Source: Patescibacteria group bacterium
GTDB lineage: Bacteria; Patescibacteriota; 4484-211
Direction: 5' to 3'
NCBI GenBank assembly: GCA_018824115.1
Contig: JAHJGY010000022.1
Coordinates: 1-49,460, forward strand
DNA length: 49,460 nucleotides
Within the stretch, counting starts at the first letter, position 1. Each line of letters starts with the position of its first letter. Position numbers and translations under genes: made by a program. A model generated the notes under the pieces. It saw nothing but the letters and a program-made list of their open reading frames with translations. It was not told the DNA's origin and ran no database searches. Positions 37,097 through 45,319 of the stretch are shown here, in pieces.

Positions 37097-38182
37097 CTAC
37101 AAATACTCACCCATCTTTCTTTTTTCTAGTTCAGCAACTAGGTCTCTAACATCGAGAGCTGCATCTTTATGGACAACAACAGAAGCATCTTTGGTGTTGA
37201 CGACCACCATTCCGTTCAAGCCCACAGCAGAAACGAGCTTGTTTTTCTCTTGGTTGTAGATCAAGCAATCTTTGCAGTTCAGAGCTAAAGTCTTCCCCTT
37301 GGTAACATTTGCAGTTAATGATTTCTGCTGGGCTTCCTTTAACGCGTAGAGTGTGCCTGGGTCACTCCAACCCATATCCAGCCTAAGGACAATCATTTCG
37401 GAATGATTAACCTCATCCATAATTGCGTTGTCGAAATGGATACTGTGCATAGTTGGGTAAATCTTGGCGACAACAGCACTTTCCTGATCGGTATCAAAGG
37501 AATTAGCCATTTTTTTTAGTTTGGTGTACATCTCAGGCTGGAATTTCTTATATAAGGAGAGGACAAAGTCAATCGATGTAATCCAATATCCAGGGTTCCA
37601 GAGCCAGTTACCAGATTGAAACATCTGCTTGCATTTTTTTAATGGTGGTCGATACCACCAACCTTTGAATTTATGGATGGAAGTCTTTTTCCTTTCGTCG
37701 ATTTTTTTACCAATTTTTACCCATCCCACGTTGTTCTCGGCGTAACGCGGTTCTTCGGCAAGGTGGACGAAGCGCTCCGGGTTTTCCAAAATTAGTTTTT
37801 CGCCTAATTTCAAACCTTCTTGGAAGGCCTTAGGCCTTTCCATTAGGTGATCGCTCCAAATGATGGCGATTGGTTCGTTAATGTTTTGTTTTCTGAGCTT
37901 CATGAAGGCAAACCCAATAGCTGGACCGACGTCGCGTTTCTCTGGTTCTGCGAAAATATTTGATAAGGGGAGCTCAGGGACCTGTTCTTTGATGGTAGAT
38001 ACGTAACTTTCTAAGGTTTGGATGTAAACGTTATAGAGGCCAAAAACGGGTTTAACGCGTTCAATAGCCATTTGGAGTGTTGATTTTCCGTTAATCAGTT
38101 TATCGAACTGTTTTGGAGAATTTTTACGAGACAAAGGCCACAGTCTTGTACCTGTACCTCCGGCAAAGATGACAATTTTCAT
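37097..38182 (-). CDS. manC: Mannose-1-phosphate guanylyltransferase-like nucleotidyltransferase
   Basis: FAGGTGTRLWPLSR...PKQF, EP..RD..PA, SDH, WN.G, GWSD.G. Confidence 0.85.
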   Translation of the reverse strand: MKIVIFAGGTGTRLWPLSRKNSPKQFDKLINGKSTLQMAIERVKPVFGLYNVYIQTLESYVSTIKEQVPELPLSNIFAEPEKRDVGPAIGFAFMKLRKQNINEPIAIIWSDHLMERPKAFQEGLKLGEKLILENPERFVHLAEEPRYAENNVGWVKIGKKIDERKKTSIHKFKGWWYRPPLKKCKQMFQSGNWLWNPGYWITSIDFVLSLYKKFQPEMYTKLKKMANSFDTDQESAVVAKIYPTMHSIHFDNAIMDEVNHSEMIVLRLDMGWSDPGTLYALKEAQQKSLTANVTKGKTLALNCKDCLIYNQEKNKLVSAVGLNGMVVVNTKDASVVVHKDAALDVRDLVAELEKRKMGEYL

Positions 38183-38251
38183 TCAAATGGTATTTAAGAT
38201 GTAATTGGCAGGAGCTGAGAAGAATGGTTTAGCTGATTAGCTGACGACTGC

Positions 38252-40336
38252 TCATCTCCGCACCTTCCCCTGAAACTCCGATTCTATCATGTGGTAGATT
38301 TTCTCGACAACCTTAGATACTTCTTGGTGAGAAAGGGAACCAAAGGGAGATTGGAAAGTAAGATGTAAAGAGATAGACTTCTCGTTTTCATTCATTTTCT
38401 TCTCGTCGGTAAAAACATCAAAAATCTCAACCAGTTGTAGCAATTTACCACCAGCTTGCTGGGTACTTTCAGTCAAGAAGCCAAGGTTGACATTTTTGTT
38501 AATAATCATCGATAGGTCTTGCTTGACTTCGGGGTGAGAATAAACAGGGTGATAAGTAGGTTTTTCCGCTGGTTGGTTATAGATCATATCGAGATTTATT
38601 TCAGCTACAACCAAGCTGGAGTCCGAGAGTGTAAAATTTTCTTTAATTGTGGAGGAGACCAGGCCCAAGTGCCCTAGTTTTTGTTTTTGGCCATTAGTTA
38701 TCTCTACTTGGAAAGATTTGTCTAGTGACCTAATTGTGGTTGTAGGATTAAAATAGAAATCAATATTCCCTAGATATGACAGTAGTTGCTCAGTCTTTCC
38801 TTTTAGAGAGAAATAAGCAGGCAATGGACTGAGTTTTTTGGTGTTTGTTTCCACTAATGCTAAATGTTCGGTCTCGGTGGGTAGTTCTCCCTTATCCCCT
38901 GCTTTAATGTGTTTACCAATTTCAAATAATTGGAATTGATCAAAACGCTTCCTGTTCTCGGCGCAAATTTCTAACAATCCTGGAAGGAGGCTTTGTCTAA
39001 TGTGGGTATGCTCAGCCGATAGCGGATTTTTTAATTTAATATTGTCGGTGATTGATTTCTCATACTTGCGAACAGTCTCTTCGTTTGTGAATGAGTAATT
39101 ATAAATTTCATTAAAGCCCAAGCTTTGCAGGAATTGTTTGATCCTCCTGCGCAATTCGACATTTTTGTTAAGTGGAGTTGGAGTGAGATCTCTTGCCGGT
39201 AACGTAGGTTGAATTTTGTTGTAACCGTATAGCCGCGCAAGTTCTTCTAGTAGATCCTCTTCAATATTGAGGTCGGATCTAAAAGTGGGGACAGTAACTT
39301 TGTAGTAGCGGAATTTATTCCGCGATTTTTCTTTGGGAACTTCAACTTTTAGCTGCAACGATTCCAGCAATTCTTTGGATCTTACGGGTGTTAGGTTAAT
39401 CCCTAAGAATGTGTCTACACGGTCGGGGTTGAGCTTTATAACTTTATCTTTTCGTGTCTTAGGATAGACATCAGTGATTGAGGAGACGATTGTTGTGTTA
39501 GCGTGTCGTTTCAATAGGTCGACGGCTTGGTTAAAGCCAATCGAGGCTAAGTTCGGGTCTTGATTTTTTTCAAAACGTGTAGAAGCATCGGTTCGCAATC
39601 CTAGTTGATTTGAAGTCTTGCGGATAGAGTACATTTCAAAGTTGGCCGCTTCGAGAACAATCTCAGTAGTCCTATCCGTGATCTCGGTTTCCTTTCCACC
39701 CATGACACCGGCGATAGCAATGGGTTTTTTACTATCGGCGATGACCATCATTGATTCGTCAAGTACCCGAAGTTTGCCGTCAATAGTGGTGATAGTCTCC
39801 TGTGTAGTTGTTTGCCTGATGATAACTTTTAACTTTTCATTTTTCATTTTTAACTTGAGTGCGTCAAACGCATGCAACGGCTGTCCGTATTTCAGCATGA
39901 TATAGTTGGTGATATCAACGACATTATTTACGGGTCTAAGGCCCATTGATTCAATGAATTGTATCAACCAGTTTGGAGATTGGGTTATTTCTACGGAGAG
40001 AACAGCTCCAATATAACGAACACAAGATGGAGTACGAAGACTGATTTCTAGGCCTAATTTAGGGATGATCCCTATTTTAGGGACCATCCCTATTTTAGGG
40101 ATCATCCCTATTTTAAGCTGGTAGTAAGCGGCGAGATCGCGAGCAATACCCCAATGAGAAAAACAGTCGGGACGGTTGGTTAAAGACTTGTTCTCTATCT
40201 CTAGGATATGATCATCACCTAACCGGTTTACCGATTCAACTTCGGCTAGCTTGAGGCTAAGTTGTTCAGCTATTTCTTGAGGGCTTTTATTTAAATCTGG
40301 AAGGAAATCTTTGAGTAGGTTATATGAAATTTTCAT
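38252..40336 (-). CDS. pheT: Phenylalanine--tRNA ligase beta subunit (short form lacking the B2 OB domain)
   Basis: NRPDCFSH.GIAR, NNVVDITNY, QPLHAFD, R.DL..EEDL.EE.AR.YGY and an FDX-ACB tail. Confidence 0.97.
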   Translation of the reverse strand: MKISYNLLKDFLPDLNKSPQEIAEQLSLKLAEVESVNRLGDDHILEIENKSLTNRPDCFSHWGIARDLAAYYQLKIGMIPKIGMVPKIGIIPKLGLEISLRTPSCVRYIGAVLSVEITQSPNWLIQFIESMGLRPVNNVVDITNYIMLKYGQPLHAFDALKLKMKNEKLKVIIRQTTTQETITTIDGKLRVLDESMMVIADSKKPIAIAGVMGGKETEITDRTTEIVLEAANFEMYSIRKTSNQLGLRTDASTRFEKNQDPNLASIGFNQAVDLLKRHANTTIVSSITDVYPKTRKDKVIKLNPDRVDTFLGINLTPVRSKELLESLQLKVEVPKEKSRNKFRYYKVTVPTFRSDLNIEEDLLEELARLYGYNKIQPTLPARDLTPTPLNKNVELRRRIKQFLQSLGFNEIYNYSFTNEETVRKYEKSITDNIKLKNPLSAEHTHIRQSLLPGLLEICAENRKRFDQFQLFEIGKHIKAGDKGELPTETEHLALVETNTKKLSPLPAYFSLKGKTEQLLSYLGNIDFYFNPTTTIRSLDKSFQVEITNGQKQKLGHLGLVSSTIKENFTLSDSSLVVAEINLDMIYNQPAEKPTYHPVYSHPEVKQDLSMIINKNVNLGFLTESTQQAGGKLLQLVEIFDVFTDEKKMNENEKSISLHLTFQSPFGSLSHQEVSKVVEKIYHMIESEFQGKVRR
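40058..40114. repeat. Three tandem 18-nt palindromic units inside pheT
   Basis: tagggatgatcccta, tagggaccatcccta and tagggatcatcccta separated by ttt; encodes KIGMIP-KIGMVP-KIGIIP. Confidence 0.9.
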
Positions 40337-40354
40337 AGGATAAAAGGTATGGCT

Positions 40355-41407
40355 CTAAAATTGCTGTATAAATCTTAAATCTCCACGATTAAAATGACGG
40401 ATATCTTCGATACCGTATTTCATCATTACTAAGCGGTCTAGACCGAATCCCCAGGCAAACCCAGAATATTTTTGTGAATCAAGTCCGGCTTCCGCGAGAA
40501 CATTGGGATGAATCATCCCGGCGCCAGCGAGTTCAATCCAGCCGTTGCCGCCGCAGGTAGAGCACCGGTCCTTGTTAATTATGCCTGTTCCTTGACAGAG
40601 ACTGCAGTCGAGCAAAAATTCAATTCCTGGTTCAACGAAAGGGAAATGGCTGGGTTGGGTTTTAATTTTCACATCGCGTTGATAGAATTCATCAAGGAAT
40701 TTTTTAAAGGTACCGATGAGATCGCTCAATTTAATGTTTTTATCTACATAGAGGCCTTCAATCTGGTGTAGGGTGTGTTCGTGTCTAGCGTCTAGCGCCT
40801 CGTTACGGAAGCAGCGTCCAACGATGATTGCCCTAATTGGGATCGATTTGGAGGTAAGAATTCTAATTTGCATGTTTGAAGTATGGGTGATACAGACAAG
40901 CCCGTTTTCTGTCCAGAAAGTATCCCATAAATCTCGTGCCGGGTGCTGAGGGGGCATGTTTAGAGATTCGAAGTTGTGATAATCATCGTCAACCTCACGG
41001 GTTTCGTGAACCTCAAAGCCCATTCTGATGAAGATATCTTCGGCATACTGCCGCATTTGAGTTATTGGATGAAGATGTCCTAGGGGGACACGTTTCCCTG
41101 GTGCGGTGAGGTCAAAAAATGTGCCAGGTGGAACTGAGTGAGAGCTTGGCGTTCTGGTAGCTAATTCCTGTTTCCGTTTTTGTGCTGCAATCGATAATTC
41201 TTGCTTTAAGTCGTTAATAAGCGTACCAATAATCGGTCGTTCAACGGAGTTAAGTTCGCAGACTTGTTTTGTGATATTGACAACTTCTCCCTTTTTCCCT
41301 AGGTATTTTTTCTCCCAGTTAGATAGAGAAAGCAAATCATCAACTCTTTCTAAAACTTGGAAAGCGTTGGATTTAACTACGTTGATAGTTTCTTTGTTAA
41401 GAGGCAT
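40355..41407 (-). CDS. pheS: Phenylalanine--tRNA ligase alpha subunit
   Basis: GHLHP, NFESLN.P..HPARD..DTF, HQIEGL, FPFVEPG, GFAWGFGLDRL. Confidence 0.98.
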   Translation of the reverse strand: MPLNKETINVVKSNAFQVLERVDDLLSLSNWEKKYLGKKGEVVNITKQVCELNSVERPIIGTLINDLKQELSIAAQKRKQELATRTPSSHSVPPGTFFDLTAPGKRVPLGHLHPITQMRQYAEDIFIRMGFEVHETREVDDDYHNFESLNMPPQHPARDLWDTFWTENGLVCITHTSNMQIRILTSKSIPIRAIIVGRCFRNEALDARHEHTLHQIEGLYVDKNIKLSDLIGTFKKFLDEFYQRDVKIKTQPSHFPFVEPGIEFLLDCSLCQGTGIINKDRCSTCGGNGWIELAGAGMIHPNVLAEAGLDSQKYSGFAWGFGLDRLVMMKYGIEDIRHFNRGDLRFIQQF

Positions 41408-41425
41408 TTCTTGGTCAAGTGATCC

Positions 41426-41635
41426 TTAAACTCTAAAAAACCAGGTTAGGAACTTCCTGAATAGTGGAACGACAAGAATGTAGAAGAGAGCGATACTAAG
41501 GCTAGTGAAGAGGTATTTTGGCTGGAAGAGTTTGATGAAGACAGTAATAATATCTGGCTTGGCTTTATACTCGTAATATCCGAATACTATTTGAATTGCT
41601 GCGAAGATTATTAAAGCTTGTTGAATTGAAGTCAT
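41426..41635 (-). CDS. Small hypothetical membrane protein (2 TM)
   Basis: 69-aa ORF filling the rplT-pheS gap, co-oriented. Confidence 0.7.
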   Translation of the reverse strand: MTSIQQALIIFAAIQIVFGYYEYKAKPDIITVFIKLFQPKYLFTSLSIALFYILVVPLFRKFLTWFFRV

Positions 41636-41637
41636 TG

Positions 41638-41994
41638 CTACACTTGCGTTTTTAGGACCTCGCTAATTATCTTACTAAATGTTTTAGGGTCATGTAAAGC
41701 GATTCGGCTCAATATTAGGCGGTTAAGCTGGATATCCTTACTTTTAAGCTTGTTAATGAAATTACTGTAAGAAATTCCGTTTTCCTTAAGCGCCGCATTA
41801 AGGCGAGTGATCCATAAACGGCGTAAGTCTCGTTTTCTGGTTCGGCGATCACGGTATGCGTGATGCAGGGCGTGCATTAGTCCCTCCTTCGCTCCCTTAA
41901 GAGTATGGCCACGATGACTACGGAATCCTTTCGCCAGCTTTCTTATTTTGTTGTGTCGTCGCCGGCGTTTCACGCCAGTTTTAGTTCTTGGCAC
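41638..41994 (-). CDS. rplT: 50S ribosomal protein L20
   Basis: MPRTKTG..RRRRH.K..K.AKG, AYRDRR.RKR..R.LWI.R.NAA. Confidence 0.98.
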   Translation of the reverse strand: MPRTKTGVKRRRRHNKIRKLAKGFRSHRGHTLKGAKEGLMHALHHAYRDRRTRKRDLRRLWITRLNAALKENGISYSNFINKLKSKDIQLNRLILSRIALHDPKTFSKIISEVLKTQV

Positions 41995-42000
41995 GATATA

Positions 42001-42086
42001 TAGCTAGTTAGCTTATTAGCTACATTAGCTAGTTAGAAAAAGAGTCTTCTCCTAAGAAGCTAAAAGCTAATGAAGCTAGTGAAGCT
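42001..42086. repeat. Degenerate short-period TAGCT/AGCTA repeat array, partly inverted
   Basis: tagctagt-tagcttat-tagctacat-tagctagt...gaagctaaaagctaatgaagctagtgaagct. Confidence 0.75.
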
Positions 42087-42287
42087 CTACTTATACGGAA
42101 GTAAACTTTCTACCCGTTTCCTATCCGCTTTGCTTACTTCGGTTAATTTCCTCTTTTGTCGTTTAGCTTTACTGCTTTGCTTTGTTTTAAGATGCGACGA
42201 ACGGACATGGCCACGGAGGTACTTACCCTTCCCACCATTAGTTGTTTTTATTCTTTTTTTCAATCCCTTATGTGTTTTTAGTTTCAT
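42087..42287 (-). CDS. rpmI: 50S ribosomal protein L35
   Basis: MKLKTHKG.KKR.K.T..GK, HL..K.S.K.KR, LLPY; lies between infC and rplT. Confidence 0.96.
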   Translation of the reverse strand: MKLKTHKGLKKRIKTTNGGKGKYLRGHVRSSHLKTKQSSKAKRQKRKLTEVSKADRKRVESLLPYK

Positions 42288-42290
42288 CAG

Positions 42291-42821
42291 TTATTTAGGT
42301 TTAACGATGACCATTAGCCTCTTGCCTTCGTACCATGGTTCTTTTTCAATATCAACCAAATCAGCTAGTTGTTCAAGTATTAAGTTTAGTTTCTCCTCGC
42401 CGACTTCCTTATGGGTTATTTGTCTACCCATAAATTGAATAATGAACTTTACCACATTCCCATTTTCGAGAAACCCACGAGCGCGCTTAATTCTAATTTC
42501 AAGGTCATGAAGGGCGATATTAGGTTTAAATCGCAGCTTTTTTAATTCCCTACTTTTTCCTTTTTTCCGGGTAGTCTGTTGTTTCTTTCGTTCCTCGTAG
42601 AGAAATTTTCTGAAATCGGTGATTTTTGCTACCGGAGGATCCGCTTTTTGGTTAACAATGACTAAATCCAAGTTTTGTTCTTTAGCCTTTTCTAAAGCTT
42701 TTTCCCGTGGCAAGATACCTAGGCCTTTTCCATCGTCCGAGACTACGAATAACTGCTCTGCCCTAATGTTTAAGTTAACAGGAAAAAACAACCGTTTTTG
42801 CCTTTTTGCGCCTTGAATAAT
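42291..42821 (-). CDS. infC: Translation initiation factor IF-3 (probable ATT start at 42821 or 42818)
   Basis: N..IRA, A...A....LDLV.V...A.PPVAKI.DF.KF.YE, F.GRQ..H. Two in-frame ATT codons lie upstream of the TTG used by the ORF track. Confidence 0.95.
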   Translation of the reverse strand: MIQGAKRQKRLFFPVNLNIRAEQLFVVSDDGKGLGILPREKALEKAKEQNLDLVIVNQKADPPVAKITDFRKFLYEERKKQQTTRKKGKSRELKKLRFKPNIALHDLEIRIKRARGFLENGNVVKFIIQFMGRQITHKEVGEEKLNLILEQLADLVDIEKEPWYEGKRLMVIVKPK

Positions 42822-42827
42822 ACACGA

Positions 42828-42856
42828 ATAATAGCAGAAACAGGTAGAGGAATCAA
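42828..42856 (-). promoter_or_regulatory. infC promoter candidate
   Basis: TTGATT-N17-TATTAT with a TGn extension. Confidence 0.65.
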
Positions 42857-42879
42857 GGTTTAAGAGTTAAGACCTAAGC

Positions 42880-44700
42880 TTACAGTTTCAGTGACTTGCT
42901 TTCTATTCCTTTCTTCACGTGGCCGATAAGTTCCCTAAGCGTTTGTTCTCCCAAATTCTCTCCCGATCGTAAACGGACACATACGGTGTTATTTTCGGTT
43001 TCTTTATTACCGACGATGAGCATATACGGCACTTTTTCTAGTTGGGCGTTGCGGATTTTAGCTTGCATGGTCTCGTCTCGTGAGTCAGTTTCGCAGCGGA
43101 TATTGTTTTCTTTAAGCTCTTGATAGATCTGTTTGGCATAATCGTTCTGTTCCTTAGAGATTGGAATTACTTTGATTTGTACCGGAGAGAGCCAGGGAGG
43201 GAATGCACCGTCGAAATGTTCAATTAATAAAGCCAGAAGTCTTTCGTAGGAGCCCAGTACCGCTCGGTGTACCATAACTGGAGGTATTTGTTCTCCATTC
43301 TCATCTATGTAGAAAAGACCGAATCTCTTGGGTGATGCAAAGTCGACTTGAACGGTAGGGATTTGTATTTCATTACCCAATGTGTCTTTAAACATAAAAT
43401 CAAGTTTTGGGCCGTAAAGTGCGGCTTCACCCTCCATTTTTTTAGCGTCAAGTTTCATTTCTTTCGACACCTCTTCTAGCATATTCTCACATTTATCCCA
43501 GTCTTCAGGTAAACCAATGTAATTTTCAGGATGGTCATAATCCCTCACAGACAGTGATACCCAGTGGTTTCCCCAGAGGCCAAGAACATTATAGAAATCC
43601 TTGATAATGTTGACCATTCCAATGACTTCGGCTTTTACTTGATCTACGCGGCAAAAGGAGTGTCCATCCTCTACATTGATAGCATAAACCCTGTTTAATC
43701 CCCCCACCTCACCAGATTTCTCGGCGCGGTATTGATGGTTAGATTCCATGTATCTTAAGGGTAGGTCGCGATAAGAACGTGTTTTTGAGGCATAGATTTG
43801 TGTTTGGTGAGGGCACTGGACTGGTTTCATAACGAATTGATGGCCCCTTGGCGAGGAAACTTGAAACAACTCTTCATTAAATTTATTGGCGTGACCGGAA
43901 AGTTCGTACAGCTCCGCTTTCGCGATATGAGGGGTAATTACTTTTTCAAACCCGTACTTGCGGCATACAGACTCGATGTGTTTTTGTAGTTCCTCAATGA
44001 TAATTGTTCCTTTTGGAGTGTAAAGTGGAAGTCCGGGTCCGACTAGCTCTGAGAAGCAAAACAGATCTAATTGTTTTCCCAATTTCCGGTGGTCTCGCTT
44101 TTTGGCTTCTTCTCTGAGTTCAAGATATTCTTTTAGTTTTTTCCTGGAGTCGAATGCTGTCCCGTAGATTCGGGTTAGCATCTTATTATTTTCATCTCCG
44201 CGCCAATAGGCACCAGCAATAGATAGAAGTTTAAAGGCTTTAATTTTACCGGTAGACTTAATGTGCGGACCAGCGCACAAATCGACAAATGGTTCGACTG
44301 GCTTACCACTAGCTTCTTCAACGGGCTCCGGACAAGATTTATCAGAAGGTATTGAACCGGTCCAATAAATGGTGGCGGTGTCCGATTCTTGAGAAATATC
44401 ATCCAGCCATTCCTGTTTATACGGGTTGTCTTTAAAGAGTTGACGCGCTTCTTTGATGCTGACCCCCTCTTTATTCAGAGGCAGGTCAGTATCGACAATT
44501 TTCTGCATCTCTGCTTCAATTTTAGGGAAATCGGTTTCATAAATCTTGTGTTCTCCTGGGTCGAAATCGAAGTAGAATCCGTCCTTTGTTGCTGGACCCA
44601 TGGCCGCTTGAATCTCTGGATATAGTTTATACATGGCCTGAGTAAGGACATGTTCAGTGGTGTGTCTTAAAGCATGGAGATGGTCGTTTGATTCGGACAT
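42880..44700 (-). CDS. thrS: Threonine--tRNA ligase (lacking TGS domain)
   Basis: LRHT.EH, DLCAGPH, GAYWRGD, RDHRKLG, KPVQCP.Q, RSYRDLP, YGPKLD, HRAVLGS.ER. Confidence 0.98.
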   Translation of the reverse strand: MSESNDHLHALRHTTEHVLTQAMYKLYPEIQAAMGPATKDGFYFDFDPGEHKIYETDFPKIEAEMQKIVDTDLPLNKEGVSIKEARQLFKDNPYKQEWLDDISQESDTATIYWTGSIPSDKSCPEPVEEASGKPVEPFVDLCAGPHIKSTGKIKAFKLLSIAGAYWRGDENNKMLTRIYGTAFDSRKKLKEYLELREEAKKRDHRKLGKQLDLFCFSELVGPGLPLYTPKGTIIIEELQKHIESVCRKYGFEKVITPHIAKAELYELSGHANKFNEELFQVSSPRGHQFVMKPVQCPHQTQIYASKTRSYRDLPLRYMESNHQYRAEKSGEVGGLNRVYAINVEDGHSFCRVDQVKAEVIGMVNIIKDFYNVLGLWGNHWVSLSVRDYDHPENYIGLPEDWDKCENMLEEVSKEMKLDAKKMEGEAALYGPKLDFMFKDTLGNEIQIPTVQVDFASPKRFGLFYIDENGEQIPPVMVHRAVLGSYERLLALLIEHFDGAFPPWLSPVQIKVIPISKEQNDYAKQIYQELKENNIRCETDSRDETMQAKIRNAQLEKVPYMLIVGNKETENNTVCVRLRSGENLGEQTLRELIGHVKKGIESKSLKL

Positions 44701-44714
44701 AGTTCCTAAATTAA

Positions 44715-44914
44715 ACAGAAAGGTCGCTATAACTCATAGGATCCCGGTTTCGGGCCGGGAGGTTCCATCCTATTTGTCTTGCGACCTCTTAATTAATATA
44801 TCGTTCGTGATACTGTCGTTACAGCGTGTATTTGAGTGGTATTTAGAGGCTCAGCTCGAATTTCTCAACTTCAGCATTCGTCTCTGTAAACTGAGATTCT
44901 CCTACGCTCTCAAA
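44715..44914 (-). promoter_or_regulatory. T-box riboswitch, Thr specifier (ACC)
   Basis: Stem I at 44831-44914: UUUGAG/CUCAAA base, AGAGA bulge, CGAAU/AUUCG apical stem with GCUGA loop, and specifier loop AAAU-ACC-A. Antiterminator at 44736-44773: AUAGGA-UGGAACC-UCCCGG-loop-CCGGGA-UCCUAU. Lies directly upstream of thrS. Confidence 0.9.
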
Positions 44915-44959
44915 CTGTAAGATTCTATTAAGTCCATTATAACTCTGGTGTCAATCAAT

Positions 44960-45226
44960 TTACGGTATCTGACTAGTTCCTTCGCGCGCGATACGTGAGA
45001 CAACTTGAATTAACTTGCCCAGCACGGGGATATCACCGTAGGTGCCAATAAGAAAACCGAGGAGTCCAATTAATACAGTGGCACCAATTACTGTACCAAA
45101 ACCCCAGGCTAAACCGCCGATAAAATTGTTTCTAACAATAATACTAACAGGTATCTTTGTCCGTATTTCCGCTAATTCTTCGTAAAAGGGGTGTAAATTT
45201 TGTGATTGTTCTTTTCTTGGAGGCAT
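44960..45226 (-). CDS. DUF5665-like small membrane protein
   Basis: NF.GG.AWG.G...GAT, and P..G near the C-terminus. Confidence 0.75.
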   Translation of the reverse strand: MPPRKEQSQNLHPFYEELAEIRTKIPVSIIVRNNFIGGLAWGFGTVIGATVLIGLLGFLIGTYGDIPVLGKLIQVVSRIAREGTSQIP

Positions 45227-45239
45227 ATTGCTTTGACAG

Positions 45240-45316
45240 TGGTGGGTGGTAGAGGACTCGAACCTCCGACCTCCACGATGTCAACGTGACGCTCTAACCA
45301 GCTGAGCTAACCACCC
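45240..45316 (-). tRNA. tRNA-Val(GAC)
   Basis: GGGTGGT/ACCACCC acceptor stem, TAGCTCAGCTGGTTAGAGC D-arm, TT-GAC-AT anticodon loop, GGTTCGAGTCC T-arm and an encoded CCA. Confidence 0.98.
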
Positions 45317-45319
45317 GAG

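Noticed and set aside
40545..40610. CxxC...CxxC insert in PheS
   Set aside because: This zinc-ribbon-like insert is common in bacterial PheS and is not novel.
44657..44920. 87-aa + strand ORF upstream of thrS
   Set aside because: It is antisense to the T-box leader, which explains the region.
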